Assembly (NCBI GenBank): GCA_964223495.1
Contig: CAXQGL010000056.1
Span: 13,887-77,886 of the forward strand
Direction: 5' to 3'
DNA from: Nitrosopumilus sp.
GTDB taxonomy: Bacteria > Bacteroidota > Bacteroidia > Flavobacteriales_D > Sanyastnellaceae
Length of the DNA: 64,000 nt
Of the stretch, positions 8,109 through 16,917 are shown in pieces (position 1 is the first letter of the stretch; every line of letters begins with the position of its first letter). The notes under the pieces were generated by a model that was given only the letters and a program-made list of their open reading frames with translations, was not told the origin of the DNA and ran no database searches. The position numbers and the translations under genes were made by a program.

Positions 8109-9413
8109 ATGATTCGCTCCATTTTCCTCTCGTTGGCCCTTCTCGGCCTTCTTTCACAACCTGCCGTAGCTGCCGCGCCCCAGTCGGACGTGTGCAAGGT
8201 CGAGCAGGACAACATCAACACCGCCCTGTATGTAGAGGGCATGTTGACCCAAAGCTTCCGCACCTGTTCCAAGGGCAGCATCTCCTACATCGAGGTGATC
8301 GCCGCCGTGGAATTTGACGGAGGTACTGTCGATGTCGCCATCATGGATGACACGTTCACCCCGAAGGCACTCCAGACCTTCACCGCCGCCAACTACAATG
8401 GCACGAGCCTGGTGCTGGAGAACCTCGCCATCCCCACCCTCAACCTGGATGAGTTCACGCTCGTGGTCCGCACCATGAACGGCGCCTCCTGCGTGATCCC
8501 GGGTACGGATGACGCCAGCCTCTTTGTCGGTGAGGTGCGCCTCCATGGCGATGCGGTCGGCAAGAACGTCAAGTTCTCCGCCGGCATCCGCAGTGCAGAA
8601 CCCACGCTGAATGGCGCCAATGACGGACGGAAGGCCGATTACAACAACGACCTCCCCAGCAATGCGGTGGCCCGCACGGCTTCCGGTCTCGATCTGGCCG
8701 TTCCCGGTCAGTGCGTGACCGCACAGCGCGAGTCCAACGGTGTACTCACCGTCAACAGTGGCACGTTCCTGCAGACCTTCCGTGCCTGCGAACGCGGCCA
8801 GTTCATCGAAGCAAAGATTGCCACGCCTTTCGTGGAGCCCGGCTTCGAATTCGAGTACGCCTTGATGTTCATGAACGGCGACATCCTGTCCACCGGCACC
8901 TTCACCCACGAGAATGTCACGGACGGCGAGCTCAAGCTCACTTTCGACAAGGGCAGCGTCCGCAAGGACCAGACTGTGGCCCTCAAGGTGACCTGCCCCG
9001 AAGGCGCCCGCATCGCATTGCTCGCCAATGGTGTAGCCGATGCCAGCTTCGGCCGCCTCTACATCGATGGACAGTCCCTCCCGTACAACGTGGCCATGGC
9101 TGCCGGTCTCCGGACCGCATTGGCTTCAGACATCACGGCGACGGATGACGGACGCATCGGACTTGATCTCAGTGCCTTCCCCAATCCGTTCGGCAACGCC
9201 CTCAACATCCAGGTGCGTGGTACCGTCCAGGAAGGTGCCCTGCTTCAGGTCCTCGACCATCAAGGCATGCCGGTGAAGGCTGTGGCCCTCTCCGCCGGTC
9301 CCGTCGACCGTCCCATCCGGTTGGATGACCTCGGTGACCTCCGTCCCGGCATCTACAGCCTCCGCCTCCTGAGCGGTCGCCAGACGGTTTCCATCCGCAT
9401 CCTCAAGGGCTGA
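8109..9413 (+). CDS. Secreted protein of unknown function with a T9SS type A C-terminal sorting domain
   Basis: ORF 7863..9413 trimmed to ATG 8109 (ATG 8040 is also possible). Signal peptide MIRSIFLSLALLGLLSQPAVAAA. The C-terminus LSAFPNPFGNALNIQVRG...GIYSLRLLSGRQTVSIRILKG matches the Por secretion tail pattern. Confidence 0.7.
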   Translation: MIRSIFLSLALLGLLSQPAVAAAPQSDVCKVEQDNINTALYVEGMLTQSFRTCSKGSISYIEVIAAVEFDGGTVDVAIMDDTFTPKALQTFTAANYNGTSLVLENLAIPTLNLDEFTLVVRTMNGASCVIPGTDDASLFVGEVRLHGDAVGKNVKFSAGIRSAEPTLNGANDGRKADYNNDLPSNAVARTASGLDLAVPGQCVTAQRESNGVLTVNSGTFLQTFRACERGQFIEAKIATPFVEPGFEFEYALMFMNGDILSTGTFTHENVTDGELKLTFDKGSVRKDQTVALKVTCPEGARIALLANGVADASFGRLYIDGQSLPYNVAMAAGLRTALASDITATDDGRIGLDLSAFPNPFGNALNIQVRGTVQEGALLQVLDHQGMPVKAVALSAGPVDRPIRLDDLGDLRPGIYSLRLLSGRQTVSIRILKG

Positions 9414-9436
9414 AAAGTCCAATGAACTCCCACGTG

Positions 9437-9469
9437 AAAGGGCTGTCTTCTCCGGAAGATGGCCTTTTT
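9437..9469. terminator. Bidirectional terminator-like hairpin between convergent genes
   Basis: aaagggctgtcttc-tccg-gaagatggccttt forms a stem of about 14 bp including G-U pairs, with an A-tract on one side and a T-tract on the other. Confidence 0.5.
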
Positions 9470-9473
9470 GCAT

Positions 9474-10892
9474 TCACACCCTGTGGGCGGGACGCAACAG
9501 GTCAAACACCGTCTTGACCGGGGCAAAGGTCCTCGATGGCACTTCCACGAAGAGGGTATTCCAACGGCCCATCGCCCCATTCCACAGCCCCGGGTGCTCC
9601 AGTCCGATCAGGGGCCTCCCTCCATGGGACTTGGACACGAGGAAATCCCGACGGCCATCCACAAAATTGCTGAGGTCATAGGGTCGGCCGTCCGAATCAT
9701 GCACTGCACATACGAGGTCCACCGGGTTGAAGTGGGTCGCTCCGGAAATGCAGTTCCCGATCCTCGGATCAGCGAGGTCCATCTCCGCGGACTCCACAAT
9801 CTGGGCCCGCAGCACGCCCTCATCATCCCTCAACCAGAACGGGCCTCCACCAGGCTCTCCCTCATTCCGGACCATGCCGGCCACGAGCAAGGGTCGATCC
9901 AATGCCTTGGCCAGTGTGGCGTGTCCTTCCGGGAATGCCTCCGCAGCGCGAAAGCCCTTGCGCAGCCACTCCGCCGCAGGCTCTGGATTTCCGGAATGCA
10001 GGGCCCTCAGCGCCTCCTTGCGGGCATCGTCCAGCTCCGCAGCCAGTCCTAGCAAGGCCCTTCTCCAGGGCAGGACCTCATCGTGTGCGGTCATGGGCCT
10101 GACGTTGTCGATGTTCTTCACGCTGATCAGGGCTCCGGGGTGATCGCATGCCAGATCCGACAAGTTCCGCAGCAGCGCGCCATGTCCTCCCGGCCGGAAA
10201 AGGGGAGCGCCATCTTCCATCAGGAACGGCCGTCCATCAGCATCGACCGCCATGGTGTCGGTGGAGGGATGTTGCACGGAATCCGTCACCGCCACACCGA
10301 TGGTGCCGGCCCACCTGCCAAGCTTCTCCGCCCAACCTTCCCTTCCTTGCTCAGGCAAGGTGAAGTGCACAATGGGGGCAAGCGCGTCGGGCAACGTGGC
10401 CTTCCATTCGCGCATGTGTTCCTCAAAGGCCGTGCGCGGCCCGTCGGGATACAGGTGAAACTCCAACCCCCCTTTCGGCATGGCCGGCATGGCGAGGCGT
10501 TCCATCACGGCTTCAAGTCGCTCCTGCGCAGAACAGGTCGGGCCGGTGGCCTCGGCAGCGGCATGGAAAGGAAATTCCGCCCAGCGCGCATCGAGTTGCT
10601 CAACCGCCGCGGCGTTCTTCATCGCCAAGGCCTTGAACATTCGGCTGGCCGCCCCGCTCGCCGGTACCAGCCTCACGGCCTGGTCCTCCCGGAGTGCCGC
10701 GCCTTTCCGTGACAGCCGCTCCAATTCGGCTGGGCTCAATGTCTGGATGCCGTGCCCTCGCTGGCATGGCGCATCGGGCGCACAATGTGAGGGTCCTTGC
10801 TGGAGGCGGGCCCACTGCCGCTCCAATTCCACCGGATCGATTCCGTGATCCTCTGCGGATTGCTTGAAGTCAGGTGAAAGGGCGGGGGTCAC
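9474..10892 (-). CDS. DUF4301-like protein with a sugar-nucleotidyltransferase-like core
   Basis: The N-terminal pattern (F..S.EDHGIDP..LERQ...L..G ... GI..LS..E) and length resemble what I recall of DUF4301. The internal FRPGGHGALL resembles the UDP-sugar pyrophosphorylase PGGHG motif. This rests on memory only. Confidence 0.55.
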   Translation of the reverse strand: MTPALSPDFKQSAEDHGIDPVELERQWARLQQGPSHCAPDAPCQRGHGIQTLSPAELERLSRKGAALREDQAVRLVPASGAASRMFKALAMKNAAAVEQLDARWAEFPFHAAAEATGPTCSAQERLEAVMERLAMPAMPKGGLEFHLYPDGPRTAFEEHMREWKATLPDALAPIVHFTLPEQGREGWAEKLGRWAGTIGVAVTDSVQHPSTDTMAVDADGRPFLMEDGAPLFRPGGHGALLRNLSDLACDHPGALISVKNIDNVRPMTAHDEVLPWRRALLGLAAELDDARKEALRALHSGNPEPAAEWLRKGFRAAEAFPEGHATLAKALDRPLLVAGMVRNEGEPGGGPFWLRDDEGVLRAQIVESAEMDLADPRIGNCISGATHFNPVDLVCAVHDSDGRPYDLSNFVDGRRDFLVSKSHGGRPLIGLEHPGLWNGAMGRWNTLFVEVPSRTFAPVKTVFDLLRPAHRV

Positions 10893-10938
10893 GGCGCAAA
10901 AATACCGCTTCCATGACCAATGACTTATTCAGGGTGCG

Positions 10939-11367
10939 TCAGGCCCGGTGCAGATTGCCGCGATTTCCGGACCAGGATGCAATGCGGGCCTGGCCCTCCT
11001 TGGAGAGGCCATGACCGGTCTGGTTCCTTCTGTCCTTGCGGAGCACATGGAGTCCCGCATCGAGCAAGTGGCGCGCGGCCTGAAGGGCCATGGACAGGGC
11101 CACATCATCCTTGCCGGAACGCGAGAGCGTCTCCACGAGCAATACCTTTTCCAGCAAGGCGTGCATGCCGAGCATGCCGATGCTGCTCTTGGCCTTGTGC
11201 GCGAGGGGGTGCAGCTCGCGCCAACGTTGTTCTCGGCCCAACTGTTCCATCGCTTCGAAGTACTTCGGCACCTCTTCCTCGAATACGTCGAGGATCCGCA
11301 GGACCATGGCGTCGTTGCCCTGGAAGACCTGCTGGAGGTACTCGAGTGTATAGTGATGCGTGAACAT
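10939..11367 (-). CDS. Stand-alone histidine phosphotransfer (Hpt) domain protein
   Basis: This is the C-terminal 142 aa of track ORF 10939..12369, starting at ATG 11367 (MFTHHYTLEYLQQVF). Hpt-like four-helix pattern with HPLAHKAKSSIGMLGM (candidate phospho-His57). The rest of that ORF is antisense to galE. Confidence 0.6.
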   Translation of the reverse strand: MFTHHYTLEYLQQVFQGNDAMVLRILDVFEEEVPKYFEAMEQLGREQRWRELHPLAHKAKSSIGMLGMHALLEKVLLVETLSRSGKDDVALSMALQAARHLLDAGLHVLRKDRRNQTGHGLSKEGQARIASWSGNRGNLHRA

Positions 11368-11445
11368 GGTTGAACCATGGGCCCTGTTGGACCCCGTTCC
11401 CGCGTGTACGGAGAGGAGGGGTAAAAGGTTTCCGATATTCGCGTC

Positions 11446-12474
11446 ATGACCGACACCTCCTCTGCCCGCCGCATCATCGTCACCGGGGGCGCGGGCTTTA
11501 TCGGATCGCACACGGTGGTGGCGCTGGTGGAGTCGGGATATACGCCGGTCATCGTGGATGACCTGCGCAACAGCAGGTCGGAAGTGCTCGATGGACTCGA
11601 ACGCATTCTGGGTCACCGGGTGGAATTCCATGGCATCGACTGCGGGGATGTGAACCGGATGGAAGCGGTATTCGACAAGCCCGTCCATGGTGTCATCCAC
11701 TTTGCAGCCGACAAGGCCGTGGGTGAAAGTGTCGCCCAACCCGAGCAGTATTTCTCCAACAACATCGGTTCCACCGCACGGCTGGTGGACATGCTGCGCA
11801 AGAAAGAGGTGCGGCATATGGTGTTCAGCTCCTCCTGCACCGTGTACGGTGAGGCGGATGCACTCCCCGTGAACGAGTCGGCCCCCATTCAACCTGCCGC
11901 TTCCCCATACGGATACACGAAACAAGCCTGCGAGGCCCTGTTGCGCTACAGCCACGCGGCCGCAGAGGGCCAACTCGGTGTGGCCCTGTTGCGCTATTTC
12001 AACCCCATCGGTGCGCATCCCTCTGCGGAAATCGGTGAATTGCCCATCGGAACACCGGCCAACCTTGTGCCTTTCCTCACCCAGAGCGTGGCTGGAATCC
12101 GGCCGGAGCTGACCGTCTTCGGCTCGGACTACCCCACACCGGATGGCACTTGCATCCGCGATTACCTCCACGTATGCGACCTCGCTGAAGCGCATGTGGC
12201 TGCCCTGCGTTGGCTGGAAGGTGCAACCGGAAATCTGGATGTCTTCAACCTCGGTACCGGTCAAGGAAGCAGCGTGAAGGAGGTCATTTCCGCATTCGAG
12301 ACGGCCACCGGCCTGAAGGTGCCCCACAGGTTCGGGGACCGCAGACCGGGTGATGTGACGGCCATCCATGCCGATGCCACCAAAGCCGCCAATGTTCTCG
12401 GCTGGAAGACCCGCCGGTCACTCGAGGAGTGCCTTGCCGATGCATGGCGTTGGCAGGAAAGGCTGAAGGGCTGA
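11446..12474 (+). CDS. galE: UDP-glucose 4-epimerase
   Basis: Rossmann motif VTGGAGFIGSH and catalytic YGYTK. Full-length GalE-like sequence. Confidence 0.9.
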   Translation: MTDTSSARRIIVTGGAGFIGSHTVVALVESGYTPVIVDDLRNSRSEVLDGLERILGHRVEFHGIDCGDVNRMEAVFDKPVHGVIHFAADKAVGESVAQPEQYFSNNIGSTARLVDMLRKKEVRHMVFSSSCTVYGEADALPVNESAPIQPAASPYGYTKQACEALLRYSHAAAEGQLGVALLRYFNPIGAHPSAEIGELPIGTPANLVPFLTQSVAGIRPELTVFGSDYPTPDGTCIRDYLHVCDLAEAHVAALRWLEGATGNLDVFNLGTGQGSSVKEVISAFETATGLKVPHRFGDRRPGDVTAIHADATKAANVLGWKTRRSLEECLADAWRWQERLKG

Positions 12475-12478
12475 TGCT

Positions 12479-13093
12479 TCAGATATGAAGGCCCATCTCC
12501 ACGATGGCGCGGACGCAGGCGAAACCTGCGAGGAAGCCCAGTGCCAACTCTCCGGGAGTGTGCACGCCCAATCGCATGCGGGACCAGCCTACGAGCCCTG
12601 CAAGCATGAATCCCAGAGGCAATACCTCCTCCAATCCCAAGCGGTGCATCAGGTTGAAGGACCACAGGGCGCCCAATGCCCCCCCTTGAGCCAACAGGTG
12701 TATGCTGATCTTCACCCAGCGTGTCGCGACCATCGCAGCCCCGAGCGCAATCAGCATGGCGAGAACGAGTGAGAGCAATTCGGTCGGGAGGAATACGCCG
12801 GGGCGCGTCAAGGCGTAATACCCGAGGATCTGATAGAACATCACCACGAGAAAGGGCACCCGGCGCTCGCTGCGGCGGGAGACCTCCAGATCACTGAGTG
12901 CACCCCTCCGATGGAGGACATAAATGGACAATGCGGGCGCCACGGCATTGATCAGCAGGATCGAGGTCACATAGACCATCATGGATGGAGGCAGCTGGAG
13001 CCATGGATCCGCGAACCACAGTGCGAGAAAGACCATCAGCGGCATCCACAGGGGATGGAACACATAGGAAATGAGCAGGGCCAACCTGTGCAT
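12479..13093 (-). CDS. PAP2-like integral membrane phosphatase family protein
   Basis: About 6 TM segments. KISIH and SRMRLGVHTPGE resemble PAP2 motifs 2 and 3 (SRxxxxxHxxx[DE]). The start overlaps the rpoN stop by 1 nt. Confidence 0.5.
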   Translation of the reverse strand: MHRLALLISYVFHPLWMPLMVFLALWFADPWLQLPPSMMVYVTSILLINAVAPALSIYVLHRRGALSDLEVSRRSERRVPFLVVMFYQILGYYALTRPGVFLPTELLSLVLAMLIALGAAMVATRWVKISIHLLAQGGALGALWSFNLMHRLGLEEVLPLGFMLAGLVGWSRMRLGVHTPGELALGFLAGFACVRAIVEMGLHI

Positions 13094-14547
13094 CAGAGCT
13101 CCTTGCGCAACCGAGCCACGGAAATGCCCAATTGTTCCCTGTATTTGGCGACCGTACGCCGCGCAATCTTGTACCCCTTCTCCTGCAGGACCTGCATCAG
13201 CTTCTCATCACTCAGCGGTTTGCGCTTGTCCTCCGCCTCCACCGCCTCCTCCAGGATTTTCTTGACCTCCCGGGTCGACACCTCCTCCCCACTCTCGGTG
13301 GTGAGGGACTCACTGAACAGGGTCTTCAAAAGAAACGTGCCGTATGGCGTCTGGACATACTTGGAGTTGGCCACCCTTGAAACGGTGCTGATATCCATGT
13401 TGATCCGCTCGGCCACATCCTTCAGTATCATGGGCTTGAGCTCGGTCTCGTCCCCGGTCAGGAAATACGCTTCCTGGATCTGCAGGATGGCCTGCATGGT
13501 GACGCGCAAGGTATTCTGGCGTTGTTTGATCGCATCGATGAACCACTTGGCCGCATCCACCTTGCGTTTGACGAAGGTGACCGCTTCCTTCTGGGCCCGA
13601 TCGGGATTCGCCGCGGCGGCATAGCCTTCCATCATCTCCCGATATTCATTGGAGACCCGGAGCTCCGGTGCATTCCGCCCGTTGATCTGGAGCCGGAGCT
13701 CATCGCCCTCGACCGACACGTGAAAATCCGGCACCACGGCCTGAATGGGCCGGGCATTGTCGCTTCCCGAGTTGCCGGGTTTCGGGTTCAGGCGGGTGAT
13801 TTCAGCCATGGCTTCCCGCAAAGCATCCTCCGTCGCCTCCAAGCGTGCGACCAATTTGTCGTAGTGTTTCTTGGTGAACGCCTCGAACTGCTCTTCCAGG
13901 ATGCGGTGGGCCAGATCCAAGGCGGCATTGTCGCCACCCTCCGCGGCCTCCCGCTTCCGATCCACCTGCAGCAGCAGGCATTCCCTCAGGTCTCTTGCCC
14001 CAATACCGGCCGGTTCGAGCTGCTGCACGATTTCAAGGACATCGGCGAGCTCTTCCTCCTCCACCTCCAATCCTTGTCCGAATGCGAGGTCGGAGGAGAT
14101 GGCGTAAAGGTCCCGACGCAGGTATCCGGCTTCATCGAGGTTGCCGATGAGAAAGGTGGCGAGCAACCGCTGCCGATCACTCACGGGCCTCAAACCCACC
14201 TGTGCCGCCAACCTTTCCGAGAATGTCTCACCTGCGCCGAAGGCCGTTTCCCGGTCCTCATGTTCAGCATGGTTGTTCACCGCGTAGCGGTATCCCGGTG
14301 TGGGGTCATCGAGATAGGAATCGAAGTCGAAGTCATCGCGGGTCTCCCCCCGGTCGTCGTCGAGGCCTTCCGCTCCGTCGAAATCCTCTTCTTCCTCGCG
14401 TCCCTCTTCCAGGGCGGGATTGGCCTCCAATTCCTCCTTGATGCGCGCCTCCAGCTCCAACGTGGGCACCTGCAACAGCTTCATCAGCTGAATCTGCTGC
14501 GGACTCAGCTTCTGCTGCAGCTTCTGTTGGAGGCTTTGCTTGAGCAT
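13093..14547 (-). CDS. rpoN: RNA polymerase sigma-54 factor
   Basis: Gln-rich region I MLKQSLQQKLQQKLSPQQIQLMKLLQ, an acidic region II, and the C-terminal RpoN box ARRTVAKYREQLGI. Confidence 0.92.
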   Translation of the reverse strand: MLKQSLQQKLQQKLSPQQIQLMKLLQVPTLELEARIKEELEANPALEEGREEEEDFDGAEGLDDDRGETRDDFDFDSYLDDPTPGYRYAVNNHAEHEDRETAFGAGETFSERLAAQVGLRPVSDRQRLLATFLIGNLDEAGYLRRDLYAISSDLAFGQGLEVEEEELADVLEIVQQLEPAGIGARDLRECLLLQVDRKREAAEGGDNAALDLAHRILEEQFEAFTKKHYDKLVARLEATEDALREAMAEITRLNPKPGNSGSDNARPIQAVVPDFHVSVEGDELRLQINGRNAPELRVSNEYREMMEGYAAAANPDRAQKEAVTFVKRKVDAAKWFIDAIKQRQNTLRVTMQAILQIQEAYFLTGDETELKPMILKDVAERINMDISTVSRVANSKYVQTPYGTFLLKTLFSESLTTESGEEVSTREVKKILEEAVEAEDKRKPLSDEKLMQVLQEKGYKIARRTVAKYREQLGISVARLRKEL

Positions 14548-14584
14548 GTCCTCAATATAACGCCGGAGCAGGCGTGCTTCGCAT

Positions 14585-16015
14585 TCAGAATTCCGCGTTC
14601 TGCGGAGTCCGGGGGAACGGAATGACGTCCCGGATGTTCGTCATGCCCGTAGCAAACATCACCAACCGCTCAAAGCCGAGGCCGAAACCGGCGTGGGGCG
14701 CCGTGCCGAAGCGGCGCGTATCGAGGTACCACCACACGTGGTCCTCCGGGATGTTGAAGTCCGCGCACTTCTGCTGGAGCACCTCCAGCCGCTCCTCCCT
14801 TTGGCTGCCCCCGACGAGTTCACCGATGCCCGGCACGAGGACATCCATGGCGGCCACGGTCTTCCCGTCCTCGTTCGCCCGCATGTAGAAGGCCTTGATG
14901 GCGGCGGGGTAGTCGGACAGGATGACCGGCTGCTTGAAGTGCTTCTCCACCAACCAGCGCTCATGCTCGCTCTGCAGATCCACTCCCCACTCGACGGGAT
15001 ACTTGAATTTCTTCTTCTTGAAGGGCTTGGAATTGCGGAGCAGGTCGATGGCCTCGGTGTAGGTGATCCTGATGAAGGGATTCTCCGTCACGAACCTCAA
15101 CCGATCGATGAGGCCCATTTCGTTGCGCTGGTCCTGGGGGAGCTGCTTCTCGGCGTCCGCCTCCCTCTTGGCCAGGAATTCCAACTCGGGTCGGAACCGC
15201 TCCAGGACACGGTTCAGGACGAAGCGCAGGCAGTCCTCCGCCAGGTCCATATTATCGTGAAGGTCGTTGAAGGCGACCTCGGGCTCGATCATCCAGAATT
15301 CCGCAAGGTGGCGGGAGGTGTTGCTGTTCTCGGCGCGGAAGGTGGGGCCGAAGGTGTAGACCTTGCCCAAGGCCATGGCCCCGAGCTCCGCCTCGAGCTG
15401 ACCGCTCACGGTCAGATTGGACGGCTTTCCGAAAAAATCCGCGTCATGGTCTACCCCACCCTCCTCCGTCCTCGGCACGTTTTCGAGATCGAGGGTCGTC
15501 ACCTGGAACATCTCTCCAGCACCCTCCGCGTCACTGCCCGTGATGATGGGGGTGTGCAGCATGTGGAATCCAGCCTGGTCGAAGTACTCGTGGATGGCAT
15601 ACTGCAGGCCATGGCGCAGTCGGAATACCGCGTTGAATGTGCTCGTCCGGAACCTGAGGTGGGCCTTTTCCCTGAGAAATTCCATCGTGTGGCGCTTCAT
15701 CTGGATGGGGTACACATCCGGATCGGCATCGCCGAGGACTTCGAGCTCCCCGACTTCCACCTCGGTCAACTGGCCCTTCCACTGGCTTTCCACGAGGGTC
15801 CCGACTGCACGAACCGCAGCCCCCGTCGTCAACCGCTTCAGCAAGGCATCGTCGGTGTCCTCCCGGTTCACGACCAATTGAAGGTTGGCCAGACTCGAGC
15901 CGTCGTTGATCGAGAGGAACTGGTCGTTTCGGAATGTGCGGACCCATCCGCACACCGTCACTTCCTGACCCACGAGGGTCGTTTCGAGCAGTTGGGAAAT
16001 CGTATGGCGCTTCAC
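14585..16015 (-). CDS. asnS: Asparagine--tRNA ligase
   Basis: N-terminal OB anticodon-binding domain and class II motifs (FRAENSNTSRHLAEFWMIEPE, GFGLGFERLVMF). Confidence 0.93.
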   Translation of the reverse strand: MKRHTISQLLETTLVGQEVTVCGWVRTFRNDQFLSINDGSSLANLQLVVNREDTDDALLKRLTTGAAVRAVGTLVESQWKGQLTEVEVGELEVLGDADPDVYPIQMKRHTMEFLREKAHLRFRTSTFNAVFRLRHGLQYAIHEYFDQAGFHMLHTPIITGSDAEGAGEMFQVTTLDLENVPRTEEGGVDHDADFFGKPSNLTVSGQLEAELGAMALGKVYTFGPTFRAENSNTSRHLAEFWMIEPEVAFNDLHDNMDLAEDCLRFVLNRVLERFRPELEFLAKREADAEKQLPQDQRNEMGLIDRLRFVTENPFIRITYTEAIDLLRNSKPFKKKKFKYPVEWGVDLQSEHERWLVEKHFKQPVILSDYPAAIKAFYMRANEDGKTVAAMDVLVPGIGELVGGSQREERLEVLQQKCADFNIPEDHVWWYLDTRRFGTAPHAGFGLGFERLVMFATGMTNIRDVIPFPRTPQNAEF

Positions 16016-16093
16016 GTGGTCTCTTTTTGTGGGATTGGGCTCAGATCAAAGACGCTCGACATCCATTTGAATGCGGTGCAAAGATGCGTCGGA

Positions 16094-16792
16094 TCACGCC
16101 TCCATGGGTTGCTGCATCTCGTCATTCGCCACGACACCGTCCCGCAGTCGGACCACCCTGTGGGCGTGGGCTGCAATGTCCTCCTCATGGGTCACGATGA
16201 TGACGGTATTCCCCGCCGCGTGGATCTCCTCGAACAGCGCCATGATCTCGATGGAAGTCTTCGTATCGAGGTTGCCCGTCGGTTCGTCCGCCAACAAAAG
16301 ATCGGGCCGGTTCACCAGCGCCCGGGCCACGGCCACCCTTTGCCGCTGTCCTCCTGAAAGTTCATTCGGACGGTGGTTCATGCGGTCCCCCAACCCGACC
16401 TGCTCCAACACCTCACTCGCCCGCTCCATCCGTTCGTTGCGGCCCATACCGGCATACACCATCGGCAGTGCCACATTCTCCAGGGCGGTGTATCTGGGCA
16501 TCAGATTGAAGGTCTGGAAAACAAAGCCGATCCGGCGATTCCGAATGTCTGCCAGGGCGTCGTCATCCAATGTCCCCACATCTTCGCCGGCCAGGTTGTA
16601 CCGACCTGAAGTGGGGGTGTCCAAGCAACCCAACATGTTCATGAGCGTTGACTTTCCAGATCCCGATGGCCCCATCAACGCGGTATACTCCCCTTGCTCG
16701 ACCCGAAGGGTCAGCCCCCTCAACGCATGGACCTGCTGTTGCCCGACCTGGTAGGTTTTCCAGACATCATGGACCTGAATCAACGCGGACAT
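16094..16792 (-). CDS. ABC transporter ATP-binding protein (MacB/LolD type) with no adjacent permease
   Basis: Walker [10 protein letters not shown], signature [15 protein letters not shown], Walker [13 protein letters not shown]. Confidence 0.85.
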   Translation of the reverse strand: MSALIQVHDVWKTYQVGQQQVHALRGLTLRVEQGEYTALMGPSGSGKSTLMNMLGCLDTPTSGRYNLAGEDVGTLDDDALADIRNRRIGFVFQTFNLMPRYTALENVALPMVYAGMGRNERMERASEVLEQVGLGDRMNHRPNELSGGQRQRVAVARALVNRPDLLLADEPTGNLDTKTSIEIMALFEEIHAAGNTVIIVTHEEDIAAHAHRVVRLRDGVVANDEMQQPMEA

Positions 16793-16917
16793 GCGGCCAA
16801 GTTAGGTGGCAACCTGCGGATGATGGAATGGCTCGCAGAGAATCGCGGCCTCGGCACTCAGTTCCATTCCTCCCTATTTTGCCGGTTGAACGTCCCTCTG
16901 GCAATACCGAATCCTGC

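Noticed and set aside
8759-8773. A TGGCACGTTCCTGCA sequence resembling a sigma-54 -24/-12 promoter, noticed because rpoN is in the window
   Set aside because: It lies inside a coding region and the GG-to-GC spacing is one nucleotide off the TGGCAC-N5-TTGC consensus.
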